Assembly (NCBI RefSeq): GCF_006345805.1
Contig: NC_043017.1
Span: forward strand, 27,032,001 to 27,096,000
Length of the DNA: 64,000 bases
Source of the DNA: Octopus sinensis
Taxonomy: Eukaryota
Direction: 5' to 3'
Part shown: piece by piece, positions 25,586-38,711 of the stretch
How positions within the stretch are numbered: the first letter of the stretch is position 1
Layout: the number at the start of each line of letters is the position of its first letter
Notes under the pieces: generated by a model
Told to the model about the DNA's origin: nothing
The model's input: only the letters and a program-made list of their open reading frames with translations
Databases searched by the model: none
Position numbers and translations under genes: made by a program

Positions 25586-26190
25586 CGTTATAAATAAGAC
25601 CGGCACCCATAGCCCTTGGTAACAAATTCTGAAATAGCTTTTAAGATATCTACAATTAACCACTGCAAGGGAAATTACTCCTGTAAGACAAACGGGGCTT
25701 GTTTTTTCACAGCGGGGGGTTTCCTTGTCAAGGCAGGCTTAGATGAAAAACACACACACACACACATAAAACATAATATATATATAATTTCTTTATTTTT
25801 TTTCTTTCTCCACCCAACGGTATTCACGGCAGTAGCCACTGACAGCCGAACGATCAAACGCACACACGTACACAAAAAATGTTTTCTACCCCTACGCCAA
25901 CACCACATATATAGAACAGTATACACACACACACGTCTCTAAGTAGATTTGTTCTCGCCCCTTATAAAACATCCAATATTCTTTAAATAGTCAGAACTTT
26001 ATTCTCGGTCACAAAGAACATCTATACACCCTCACCCACATGATTGACCGATGCCTGACTGTTGAATTCTTCAGCCACCGGTTCTCAACATACACTGATA
26101 AACAGTTTCGCCATGGGCTCTTAGGAGCACAGTTCGATTTGTTTTTTGCTCTGCCTCTGTTCTGTTTTTGTTTTTCCAACGGATTTCCTT

Positions 26191-26278
26191 TTTCTTCCTG
26201 AAGAGAAAGACACAATATGGTCCCATTATTCAATCGGATTTGGTAATTTGTGCCTTTCGAAACACGTGTAGAATGAAA
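26191..26278 (+). ncRNA. Canonical type I hammerhead ribozyme
   Basis: UUUCUUC-CUGAAGA-GAAAG.A.CACAA(loop)UUGUG.C.CUUUC-GAAA-C-ACGU-GUA-GAA(U)GAAA. All core nucleotides canonical, G10.1-C11.1 pair, palindromic stem III ACACGUGU, predicted cleavage after A26270. Confidence 0.9.
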
Positions 26279-26486
26279 TAAAACGATTTCTGTTCAATCT
26301 GCGTTCAGCTCCATTTCTTCAATTCACCAATAATGTTTTAATTTCAATTATCCGCACCAACGCACGGTTGCAACGCCAGATGGTTGTACCTCCAACCGTG
26401 CTGTTCACTGCTGTGATTTTTGCTACTAAGGTATCGGTTAAACTTTTGATTAATCTACTACAAGATTATTCATCTTTCTATTTCAC

Positions 26487-26545
<59 letters not shown>

Positions 26546-26668
26546 AGCAAACAGACAGAGACAGACAGATAGAAAGAATATAGATAAGTAGATAGATCGA
26601 TATACAGACAGACTGGCATATACATACATAAACATATATGTACATATGTATGTCTTCATGTACATAGC

Positions 26669-26861
26669 GTCTTCGTGTTTCGTGTCAAATCAAATGCATA
26701 TTTTATTATGCTATTGTCACAGCTTCTGTATCTGACCGATATTTATAATAACTCTCATTGTTGGCATATTACTACACCGTCACAGGTAATAGTGCATGCA
26801 TAATACATACTAATGTTATCGAATTTGGAACAAATGACATGAACGAGTGTGTATCAACCTC
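26669..26861 (+). repeat. Diverged direct repeat, copy 2 (partner 22400-22591)
   Basis: See copy 1. Confidence 0.85.
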
Positions 26862-27254
26862 GCGTGTAGCGAGAAACCTTTTCCTATGGTAAACAGAAAC
26901 AATATAAAATAGATTAATTGATGGATATTTTTTAATGAATATATGCTTGTATCGTTAAGATGGATTTGTAATACAACGTCAAGGATTTAAATAGGTATGA
27001 CAAAAATTAGCAAAATATATATTACGTATAGAATATTTGTCTTCGATGATTTGGAAGTTCAGGAATATCGAAGAGAATGTATATTTTCTGAACTGGCACA
27101 GGAAAAGACAGAGAGGTTGATTCAAATAAACCTCGAATTTTAACGTACAGAAAATACATACATGCATATATGTAAAAAGGGAAGATTGACTAATGATTAA
27201 TATGTGTGTGTGTTTGCGTGCGAATGTGTGTATGCGGTTAAGTATATATTTTTA

Positions 27255-27475
27255 TGTATGTGTGTCTTTGTGTATGTGTCTCCCATTACCATCGCTTGAC
27301 AGCCGATAGTGTTGTGTTTAATCTCCCATAACTCAGCGGTTCCTCAAAAGATACCGATAAAATAAATACTAGGATTGCAAGGAATAGGTCCTGGGATAGG
27401 TTTTTCCGACTAAAACTGTTTAAGGTGGTACTCCAGTATGGCCACAGTCACGTGAGTGAAACATGTAAAAAGAAA
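27255..27475 (+). mobile_element. Degenerate SINE family B tail
   Basis: ATCGCTTGACAGCCGATAGTG..ACCGATAAAATAAATACT..CTCCAGTATGGCCACAGTC. Confidence 0.8.
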
Positions 27476-28676
27476 TATACTTAGAATGTATAGACTATAT
27501 TGATATTATCTCGTTCTCATCTGTTGCCTATATATGTATAACTCTGCAGAAACATCTCAATCTTGTTTGAATTATTTTCCCAATCTATTTCTATTAACAT
27601 ATACACTTCTTGTCCCTATAAAGATGCATCAACATCCCTAAATCCTAATTCACTAATGTAAAACAGGGCCAAATGTAATTAAGTACACGATCTTAATCCC
27701 ATGCTTTAACCTTGTAGTGTAGAAAATTCATTGGCCAAAAACAAGGTAATTGCCCACTGAATCGAAACAAATTCTACGGCTTTCTATTAGGTGTCGTCTC
27801 CATTAGAGCCAGCGGAATGATAACTCTCCATGGGAACTTATTGCAAAATATTAAGAAAGAATGTTTCAATGAATATGGCCGGAAAATCAATAATACTGAT
27901 TTGTTTTGAGCTTGCCAAAATGGTACATGTTTAGAAAAGCGAAATGCGGTATCTGCATTATGAGTGAAATAAAACTAAATTCACACGGGATTTGTAGACG
28001 AGTCACGTTTTCTGCTCGTACAAAGCTTATCTTTATAATACAGCTCTTAGCACATGTGAAATCCATAACATAATGAAATATTTTAATCTTCTCATTGTCT
28101 AATTATAATTCAAATCGAAAGAAAAGAAAATCCACAAATATTCGCCAGTAGAGAATCAACTTTGTATAACGAGCTTGTATTCAGAGAATAATTAACATAC
28201 CATTCCAATGGTTATTTCCGGATTTATGTAAAGCCATCCTACGTAGAACCTTGTGAAATTTCCATAAATATATCTATCAAATATATCTATCATACAGACA
28301 ATAGGTCAGAAAGTCACTAAATCATACATTTTTCATTGAAAGATTTTAATATGTAAAATTATAATGCAATATCTCCTTTCGTTTCTTGTACGATGTAAAT
28401 CGTGTTTTCTGAATAATTAGGAAATAATGTACAATGATTAAATACGTGGCAGCTATATTAAACTTTATTAATCCAGGGGAGCAACAATGCATCAACTTGT
28501 ACTGCATATTAAATAAAGGAATAATAGATTGCATATTTTGTACACACACACACACACACACATATATGCACACACGCATATACATATATATACATATATA
28601 TATATATATATACAAATGCATTCCATGTTGATCCGTTTGTATATGATCCTATGAGGATGTAAAGATGTGTGGTATA

Positions 28677-28739
<63 letters not shown>

Positions 28740-28817
28740 GTGCATACTTATGCATATGGGCGCACAAACACGCAATTATGTATACTCACATTCATATTCT
28801 AGATATACAAGCCCATA

Positions 28818-28863
<46 letters not shown>

Positions 28864-28959
28864 CCATATATACATATATATATATATTGATAGTTAGACA
28901 GGCAGATGATCGGACGGGCGGACAGATAGCCATATAGACAGACACATAGCTAGCTAGGT

Positions 28960-29165
28960 AGGGGGATAGATAGATAGATAACAAGATAGATAGATCGATA
29001 GATAGATAGATAGATAGATAGCTAGATAGGTAGATAGATAGATAGATATATATATATATATATAGATAGATAGATAGATAGATAGATAGAAAGATAGATA
29101 GATAGATAGATAGATAGGTAGATAGATAGATAGATAGATAGTTAGAGAGATGCATAGATCGATAG
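28960..29165. repeat. (GATA)n microsatellite
   Basis: Direct reading. Confidence 0.95.
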
Positions 29166-29644
29166 ATATGTTTACAAGTTCCAGTGTTAGGAATATAATC
29201 TTTGCGCTTCTAATTATATGTACGGATAGTTGAATATTCGTATGTGTCGCTAATAGTGTAAAACCTATATTAGTAGATATCGATCAGCTAAGTATGATAT
29301 GGAATATTACTTCAAATGCAATAGATGGATTTAAGATCGTATAATTTAAGGAGAATTACAAATATATCATTGCAAATCTTTCGGCAGAGCAAGTCATTAA
29401 TAACCGTTTATGTCATCTTGATTGAATGTATCGCGTCCGCAAGCATTAAACTACTTAGTATGTTACCGCATAAAGGTCTTGAAAATAGGTTAGCAACAGC
29501 TTTTGCTGTTTAAATCGCCTGATAAAAATTATTTTACCCAATTGAGTATTCCATACGTATATACAACAAACGCAAACACATAGGCACACCCTCAGAAAAA
29601 CACACGCACAAATATATATATATGCAAAGATAGATGGACATACA

Positions 29645-29706
29645 CACACCAGCATCGGTTGTCAAGCAATGCTAGGAGGACAAACACAGACACACAAACA
29701 CGCACA

Positions 29707-29793
<87 letters not shown>

Positions 29794-29983
29794 TATATAT
29801 ATATATATATATATACATACATATATACGGCAGGCTTCTTTCAGTTTCCATCTACCAAAACCACTGACAAGGCATTTGTCGGCCCGGGGTTATAGCAGAA
29901 GACACTTGCCCAAGATGCCACGCAGTGGGACTGAACCCGGAACCACGTTGTTGGTTAGCAAGCTATTTACCACACAGCCACTC
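29645..29983 (-). mobile_element. SINE family B (head plus expanded microsatellite)
   Basis: Matches family B; tail truncated. Confidence 0.9.
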
Positions 29984-30349
29984 ATATATATATACATACA
30001 TATATATATATATATATTATATATTTATATATATATTATATATATATGTGTGTGTGTGTGTGGTGTGTGTGTGTCTGTGTGCGTGTGTGTGTTTATATGT
30101 TTATATACCCATGTATGTGCATGCATATAAATGTCGACTGACGTCTTAACTCTGGGGAGATTCGAACTCACTGTCAGCAGCTTTCTCCTTAAGCAATAAT
30201 AAATTTGTATTATACGAAATCATAATTACGCATCAGATTAATCCACGATCGTTTTTAATATCTTTCTCTCGCCCTATCTCTCCCGATTTCCCTCTATATA
30301 TACTGGTTGTGTGTAAGAACGTGCGTTTGTAAATTTATGTACGAATATA

Positions 30350-30365
30350 AGTGTATATATATATA

Positions 30366-30411
<46 letters not shown>

Positions 30412-30462
30412 TATATATATATATATTCATATATATATATTCATAGATATATATATATATGT

Positions 30463-30530
<68 letters not shown>

Positions 30531-30615
30531 ATATTATATATATATATATTATATTCATAGGTTATATATATTTATATATATATGTATATATATATATATT
30601 CCTATATATATGTCC
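30350..30615. repeat. Imperfect (TA)n microsatellite
   Basis: Direct reading. Confidence 0.95.
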
Positions 30616-30770
30616 ATATAAATGATTATTTAATGTGACTCCTTAATAATGGCTATTAAATTGATGCTGTCATCCATTTACAATTATATATATGTGTGTG
30701 TAACTATTCTGACAGCTAAATTTATTATACCATTATATTTAGATATCTCTTACCATTCTTGTTTTCTCAT

Positions 30771-30816
<46 letters not shown>

Positions 30817-30819
<3 letters not shown>

Positions 30820-30968
30820 AGAGTTTATGAAAAAACAAAAGACGAAGAGAGGTGGTGTACAAAACAAACAGATGTATTAGTATAACGCTCAGGAATAGAA
30901 AATGTATTTTACGTTTCGAGCCTACGCTCTTCTACAGAAAGGGACACAGAAAAAACAAGGACAGGAAA
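30817..30968 (-). mobile_element. Short PLE-type repeat (10385 family) with HHR-like motif at 30907-30940
   Basis: Minus strand UUU-CUGUAGA-A-GAGC(GUAG)GCUC-GAAAC-GUA-AAA; starts at a (TA)n edge. Confidence 0.65.
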
Positions 30969-31504
30969 TATACATATACTGAAAATATTTGTATGCGTTT
31001 ACTTACTAGATTTTACAAAGAATTATTTAGAAACGCGAAACAGTTTTTTATGTATATTCTAACCAGATCAAATCTCATTGAATGGTTACGCGTTTCGTTT
31101 CTATTTCGTATAATTGCTTAGGTTTCTTCATTATTCACACTTCAATAAAACGTGCGTTCTGTTGTTTTATTAGATTTAATTATATTTGGAATATTCAAAC
31201 TACGCGAATTACAAACAATTATATCTTTCCGAAGGTTATATTTTTCAATCCAATTTGACCTCGCCTCCCTTTTCAGAAATATTGTTTTATTAATTTGTGC
31301 TACTCCATTTATTTTATACACACCTTCTATTCATATATTTCACTCTTTACTTCCAAATTTTCAACTTACATTGATATTGTAGAATCTTTTATGTTTTGTA
31401 GCTATCGTCATTCCTTGGAGATATCGTCATTTTTCAATGTTTAAATTTCTCTGAAGAAACCATTGGTTCTACCAATATGTGCTACAATTAGTCTGATAAT
31501 TCCA

Positions 31505-31820
31505 TCGTCATCATCATTGTTCGACCATGGTCGAGACAATGGAGTTTACTATGCTACGCCAGCCTTCACGGCCCAACATAACATTCCGGAGGTCCTGTTG
31601 CTGGATGCCCGTATCTCTCGAGATTACATCAGGGTAGAGATTACACCCTCTGGTATCGCGAATAGATGGCTTCCAGAGGAGAAGAGTAGAAATTACCTCT
31701 TTTTCAGCTCTACAACAATGTCCAGCAAACTGGACTCTCCTACCTTTCACAAGAGATGATACAGGTGGTAGATAGATTCCCATATGTTTGTACTTTGCTT
31801 GGATGACGCTCAGCATACCA
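31505..31820 (-). mobile_element. RTE/RTE-X LINE 3' end, 5'-truncated
   Basis: ORF 31514-31816 RRVQFAGHCCRAEKEVISTLLLWKP..YPDVISRDTG..DLRNVM.GREGWRSIV matches the RTE C-terminal RRLxFAGH..LLW.P..D.L..DTG..M.DR..WR motif, followed by a (TGA)n tail. Confidence 0.9.
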
Positions 31821-32764
31821 GCAATCCTTTCGGATTGTTATGCAATTATTTCTTTGTTGTTATAGATTTCCGTGGTGAATACTCCTCCCCAACTATTTAT
31901 CAGTCAATTTGATCATTTTATGATATTTTACTGTATATTCGTTTCTTTCAGATCACTTGTAATTATAGTATATAATATAGTATATAATATTTATTCATTT
32001 TTTTCTTGTGGCTATGACATAAAAACAACGTCTTTCTATCGATTATTAATACATCGCAAGCTACACCATCTAATATTTCTCACGTGGTTCTAATGTCGTA
32101 ATGTTAAATTACAGACCTATCTAGAGACCAATATATAACACGAATACAATGTTAGCTCAAGTTTATGTAATATCTGCGATGGTTTCAATAATTATACCTT
32201 GTGTAAATCTAAGTCATTATTGTAATTTAGAAGTGATTGCCACGGTTATAATGGTTATCTAACTATTCTCGTATATTTGCTTTTCTCTAAACCACGTTAT
32301 AAGTATATTGTTTCATTGTAATGATGTCAATAATATGACAGGATAACGTTCTTATAACTTAATATTGCAGTGATTCATATGGGTTCATATAGATTATCTT
32401 ATTTTATCTAATTAATTTTGTGTAGTTCTCAGACACAGGCAGTCAGGACATGATACCGGATCATCTTTACTTATAGTGAGGCAGTGTTCATTCACTTGTA
32501 ACGTTCAACTCAAATAGCAGGTATGAATATTTTGTTCTTAATGGATACGACGACTAAATTTCCAATTATACTTTTACAAACTTTAGTAACGTATACACAA
32601 ACACACACACATATATATACATACACAGATACAGCAATGCGCACAAGCACACACACACTGACACAAATATGTATTAAAAATGTTTTTGTATATACATATA
32701 TAAAAATTACGGAGATGTAATTGCATAGCGAGTGACTTGATCTGAGATCAAGTGCTTGAACGAA

Positions 32765-32968
32765 AACAATTGCAGCGTGGTTGGTGTTTATAAGCCATTT
32801 AAGAAACGAACAAAAACCATTAGATTCACTTCAACATTTAAATTTAATTTGTCAAATTTAATTTAAATGTGAAAAATGTGCCAAATTAAATTTAAATATC
32901 GAAGTGAATCTAACGGTTTGTGTGTGTCTCTTAAATGGCTTATAAACACCTTCTACGCTGCAATTGTT
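32765..32968. repeat. Long hairpin: arms 32765-32851 and 32882-32968
   Basis: Arms are reverse complements (~85% by eye) with a 30-nt spacer that itself contains a second inverted copy of the arm end. Confidence 0.9.
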
Positions 32969-35247
32969 CATATATAAAAATATATACGTATGGATTTAGC
33001 AGCATTAATATAAATAATTATTGATATATTAGAATATCAAAATAATTATTAATATAAATTAATATAAACAGCATAAATAAAAATCTCAAAATTTAATTTT
33101 ACTTCTTTACATTATGTTAACTGAAAGTCATGTCTATCCAGCAAGCATTGACAAAGAAAGAACAGCCAGAGAAATTTTCCTCCGCACGTTAGTGTTTAGT
33201 AGATCAGTCTGTATGAGAGAAGCAACATTTCAAAAAGACTAGTTTTATATCATCTCTCACTACATTCTCTGACTCATATATGTATGTTTGTACTTGGTAT
33301 ATTTCATAGCATTCGAAATATGCTCATTAAAATACTATATATATAGTCTACAATTGGATTATTTTTGAACATTTATTGCGTTAATTAAACGCCTTTCCTA
33401 GTTAGATTACAAACCAGACTACTTAATATTTTTGTTCTATGTTTGTGAAGTAGCTTTTTATTATTTATGTAGATACTTTAACTCGTATAAATAAAAATAA
33501 AAAACGATTCATCTAAACGTTACTTCGTAATTGAAGTGGGAATGTATAATCTTATAAACTAACAAGAGCAATCACATTATCCACTTGTAAGAGACAATTT
33601 GGCGTTGCAGATTATTATGATATATTTATTTTAAATCCTTTTTTTTTCTTTGAAGACGTTTTCTGAACTGGTGTTGTAAAGTAATTCATTATTAAACATT
33701 ATCAATTTAACTGACATGTTTGGATTTATATAATCGTTGTTGGCGAAGAAAGAAACAAAATATTGTATCGCCTATAACATGGTAACGAAAATTTGGAATG
33801 CTTTTGGTCTATAAAATTACTCCATAAAATTGCGGCCCACAATTAGATATATATATATATATGTTAAAAATGTAATAGAGTCAGTGGTGAACAAGAGGAT
33901 GAATTTAAAACACCTTATGTTTATAAACAGGGAGCTAATTTTCGAAATCATACAAAATACAATATTTAATTCTCAGGTGTTCATAATAACCCTATTTCGT
34001 CTGACTTCACGTTTTAAATTAATATTCCACCGCCGTTCACTTTGCATTTGATCATGTCGAGGTCGATAGATTAAGTACCAGCAGGTACCTGGGTTCAATG
34101 TAATTGACCTACCTTTCTGTAGGAAGATGCTGGCCTTCTGCCGAACTTTGAATTCGATATTACTTGTAGTGAAAACACGAAAGAGCTAAGAAAAATTGTA
34201 TCGGTTATTGTTTATTTGGTAATGTATTGTTCTTAGGATTGCTATTTGATGTGATGTCAATCTTGTCATACATAATTCATTAGTCTTATAGGAAACACTT
34301 CATTCACAACCTTAGCTGTCTTGTGCAGTACAGCTTTTATATGAGTTCAATATAGACGCGGATCACAGCTAAAATACGTTATTTATATATTGTATTTTAC
34401 AAGCTATCTTTCAAGGGGATTCATAGTTTTACTACATTCATTTAGAGTGAAATTTGAAACGTGATATGCGAACTACTTGTACCAGCCTCTAAAATGATAC
34501 TTGAAAGTATGCTTCATGTGAATTACGATCACGTATAGTATTAAAGAAATACAATCACATTGACATCCGTCAGGTCATTGATACTGTACTTTACAGCTTC
34601 GCTTTCAAATGTACATTACATTCATTTGACAAGTAATGTAAACAATAATCTCATCTGTCATTCAATTTCCGTTTGCAATGTCACTCTAAATTTTCAGTTA
34701 TTGCAATAAAAAGTTGTTGCATAAAAACCATTCTCCTATCTTTACCACGCTCTACACATGGTACGCCGCATTCATATCAAAACACGTTTCAGATTCTAAT
34801 ATTATCTGATGCATAAATGAAATTACATAGCATATCTATAATTGCATGATCTTATTTCATAAACATACAGAGAAAAAAGAATACATAGTTTTAATACATT
34901 TTTCAAGTGTTCTGATTGTGTAGGGTTAAGTGGATGTGATAAATATTCCTCGTGATAAGACGTAGGTCAAATTGAAACAACATTTCTAAGAGTTATATAA
35001 ATTGTACCCGTCTACTGAGAAAGTTGAGGAATGGATAAACATGTACATAACAATTACTGTGGATACGCATAAAATAGATGTATAAGCAAGTCGCTAAGTT
35101 TAAATTTTTTACTTGTTTCAGAAATTCAATTGCGGTCATGTTGTTGCACCACATTAAAGTGTTTAGTGGGAATCCAGTCATCTACTTAGTTCGTAATTTT
35201 ACGGGGGTTACTTTTACTTAATCGATTCACTCTTCTTTCTTTACGAA

Positions 35248-35325
35248 GTGCTAAGTCACGGAGACGTAAACACGCCGACATCGGCTGTCAAATGATAGTG
35301 GGTCGGGGACAAACACATGCAAACA
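35248..35325 (-). mobile_element. SINE family B tail fragment
   Basis: CTAAGTCACGGAGACGTAAACACGCC.ACATCGG.TGTCAA..GGGACAAACAC. Confidence 0.8.
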
Positions 35326-35366
35326 AACATATATATATATACATACATATATATACATACGTATAT

Positions 35367-35431
<65 letters not shown>

Positions 35432-35473
35432 ATATATATGCTTTATTTAAAGCAGCAGAAAATTCAACAAAAC

Positions 35474-35511
35474 CTGTTACTCTGAGTTTCCCATTGTCGT
35501 TCATCGGACAG
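35474..35511 (-). ncRNA. Minimal hammerhead-like motif (U4C), stem II degenerate
   Basis: CUGU-CCGAUGA-ACGACAAUGG-GAAA-CUC(A)GAG-UA-ACAG. Stem I 4 bp, quasi-palindromic stem III, GUA triplet. A 22-bp direct repeat lies at 35469-35490/35516-35537. Confidence 0.5.
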
Positions 35512-36356
35512 TCTTAAAACCTGTTACTCTGAGTTTCTCGTATATATATATACGATTTGTCTGAATTTGTCAAATACTTTTTGCCCTTATTTTAACAGGC
35601 GATTGTCAACTTCAATCATATTTTATTTCCGAAAGATGATACGAGTTATATTAATATTTATGACATTCATTAATATAAAAATAAAATATATAGTCTTCCT
35701 CATCAGACGTTCATAATAACAGACATACATAAAACATACGTTCGGATGTAGGTGTATATTATGAAAAAATATATACACTTGCGCACACAAACAAATCACT
35801 ACTTACACTAGACGCATAATTTTCAAAAATATTTTGCGTATACGCCTCTCTATCTAGATTGAATGTAAGTACGAAATGTGCTTAAATCGGCTTTCTTTAA
35901 CCGAATGCTAATTCCGAACATATTTTTTTATTCTGTCAAGCTATCTCTCATCCTCATTGAAAATCGGTCAGGATTTCCTCAAGGTGGCCATTTACTTTAT
36001 CTTAAAGAAAAAAGATTAATAAATATTTACTGTTTTTTTTTATTTATGCTTGGTATTGACTAAGAAGTTGTTCTTTTTATACAAATCCAAGCCTCGAGCA
36101 ACCCTGTATTAATTCTGATAGATTTTTTCAGAATTTTTTATATGTAAACAAACACACACACACACACTCACACGCACAAACACGAACACATGCAGACTCA
36201 TATATGTATAATTATATGAATATATATATATATATATACAGTAGCAGGAAGGTTGGAACCTGACTATTGTTGCACAGGGAGATTATTCCGAACGCGATGA
36301 TACCTATATATAGATATATATGCATATACATATACATATATATACACATACATACA

Positions 36357-36390
<34 letters not shown>

Positions 36391-36405
36391 CATACGTATA
36401 TATAT

Positions 36406-36447
<42 letters not shown>

Positions 36448-36461
36448 ATATATATATATTA

Positions 36462-36722
36462 TATAATTAGGGCTTAGTAAAATAAATTACTTTGCCACAT
36501 ACTGAACTTAGTAGAAATAGCAGCCAAAAAAATTTTGTTAGCATTTCTACTACTTAAAGAAAATTCTCCAGACAGCTCACGAAGGTTTGGAGGTGGCAAA
36601 GTAATTTAATTTACTAAGCCCTAATTATATAATGTAATATTTTGAATTCGCCTTAAATGGTCCTTTTACATACTGAACACTTGGTGAAATTGATTAATTA
36701 ATTAATTTTACCCTCAATTGTT
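36462..36722. mobile_element. Small (TA)n-embedded element with fold-back end (family shared with 62241-62457)
   Basis: 37-bp inverted repeat 36462-36498/36593-36629 and a tail AAATGGTCCTTTT..CTTGGTGAAATT..TTAATTAATTAATTTT shared with the 62.3-kb copy. Confidence 0.7.
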
Positions 36723-37120
36723 GATATATATATATATATATATATAAGCAGTGTGGAGCTACATTTCTGTCCGTATTTTGAAAATATTCCAATCTATATT
36801 TGAAAAACTCTGAGGATACGCCCCTATTGTTTTGAACACTGTTGTCCTAAACTATATCATCAAAAGTAGTAGCCCCGTCAGCATTTAGTATCTCATTCAT
36901 TTCACTTTCATTTCCATTGCTCAGCTGTGGCTCAAATTCCCTTTCATTCTTCTGAAGAATCTGACTTTTGATATTGATAAAGTTTGTGTTGGTGTCTCGG
37001 TTTATCGTCTAGAATTTGCCTCATATTTCTTCTTATCTCTTCTTAAACAAGTCTGTAAATATTTGTGTCTGATGTTACGCTTTTCTTTGGAGATCTTATC
37101 ATGTTTCGTTCGCCATCATA

Positions 37121-37285
37121 GGCGCAGGAGTGCCTGTGTGGTAAGTAGCTTGCTAACCAACCACATGGTTCCGGGTTCAGTCCCACTGCGTGGCATCTTG
37201 GGCAAGTGTCTTCTGCTATAGCCCCGGGCCGACCAATGCCTTGTGAGTGGATTTGGTAGACGGAAACTGAAAGAAGCCTGTCGTA

Positions 37286-37340
<55 letters not shown>

Positions 37341-37614
37341 TATATTATATATATATACATATATATATATATGTATGTGTGTGTGTGCTTGTGTGTCTGT
37401 GTTTGTCTCCCTAGCATTGCTTGACAACCGATACTGGTGTGTTTACGTCCCCGTCACTTAGCGGTTAAGCAAAAGAGACCGATAGAATAAGTACTGGGCT
37501 TCTAAAGAATAAGTCCCGGGGTCGATGTTCTCGACTAAAGGCGGTGCTCCAGCATGGCCGCAGTCAAATGACTGAAACAAGTAAAATAGAAAAAGAGTAA
37601 ATGAGTAAAAGAGT
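37121..37614 (+). mobile_element. SINE family B, full length
   Basis: As 18532 but with a ~95-bp internal (TA)n; possible TSD CCATCATA/CCATTATA. Confidence 0.95.
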
Positions 37615-38356
37615 ATCTCCATTATATAATAGCATTTGCCTTTCCAAAATCTCTTTTCGTTCTATTTAACCTCATTCCCAAGTCTACGATGTTTTCTGTG
37701 GGTTTCAAAATGTTTTTCTCCAGAAATAGAAGCTGCAGTATATTTGTTTCCATTTATGTTTACTATAATTTCGGCTTTGATTTTTGCCAGGAGTGTATGA
37801 ATTTCCTTCATTGCTTTTCATAATCATTCGAGTGTATTGTTTTCAAACAAACAAGCATGACCTAATTTTGATTTTGAAAATAACGTAACGATTATTTTAT
37901 TGTCAATATACACATCAAATATCTCGGCTATTATGCAAATAAATAGAAGAAGGGTTGGCTAAAAAAAAACACCTAATATTTTTGAAATTTCGTCATGTAT
38001 ACTTTTAGAATATAACATAGTCTAAATACTGATATTACTGGCGTAATATTTAATTTATAAATGCACTACTAACACTAAAACTCTAGGTGATGCACCTATA
38101 ATACTTTTGATACCGATGGTAAAAACAATTATAAGGAAAATAAGAATAATTAACGACATTAAATGTAATAAATTCAACAATTACAATATGGATTAACTAA
38201 TAAAAGAGGAAGAATGTAAAATACCAAACCTTGTTCGTACTCACCCATGTGTAAGCGCGTGTGTTTATACAAATCCTCTGTGTCTGTCTGTCCCCCCTCT
38301 CTATCTCATTTTTGATACACACACACGCATACACACACACACACGCACACGCACAC

Positions 38357-38393
<37 letters not shown>

Positions 38394-38711
38394 CTTTGAA
38401 TATAAATTTTCATTTCCACCTGACACAATACCTGCGTTGAGCTATGTATCCAGGAATTTACACAAGGGTCGGAAATTGGTAGGCTTTCCAAATAGGAAAT
38501 GAAACTGACGCCGCGGTTTCGCCAAATCTAATCTATTAGCGGGCCAGTAATAGTTTGAAAGACATTCTAAAGATTCTCCCTCTAAGATTCTATTGATAAA
38601 TAGATGGACGTACGTGGATTTGAGTATGAAGAGCTCAAATCAAACTCATATCTACAAACAACGGGAACTCACTAAATCCCCGAAATCTTGTTTCTTTAGC
38701 GACGGATTGAG

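Larger units (their letters stand above)
24388..26491 (+). mobile_element. 5'-truncated Penelope-like retroelement with inverted pLTR segment
   Basis: Inverted repeat 24388-24564 / 26164-26339; RT C-terminal remnant, GIY-YIG remnant, ~600-nt 3' UTR and HHR; (TA)n on both flanks. Confidence 0.9.

Noticed and set aside
26060-26125. Minus-strand GCGAAAC..CTGAAGA suggesting a second (type II) hammerhead
   Set aside because: The cleavage position is G, and stems I and II do not pair.
27790-27915. Plus-strand segment VVSIRASGMITLHGNLLQN after a TAG acceptor, vaguely cadherin-like
   Set aside because: In-frame stop before any good donor, and no cadherin DRE/DxND motifs.
30140-30190. tRNA B-box-like GTGAGTTCGAATCTCCC on the minus strand
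   Set aside because: No A-box or cloverleaf; at most a SINE/tRNA scrap.
36780-37730. Possible ancient RTE linker region (RRDKKKY..REFEPQL) split by SINE B
   Set aside because: Too many stops and shifts to support by eye; left unannotated.
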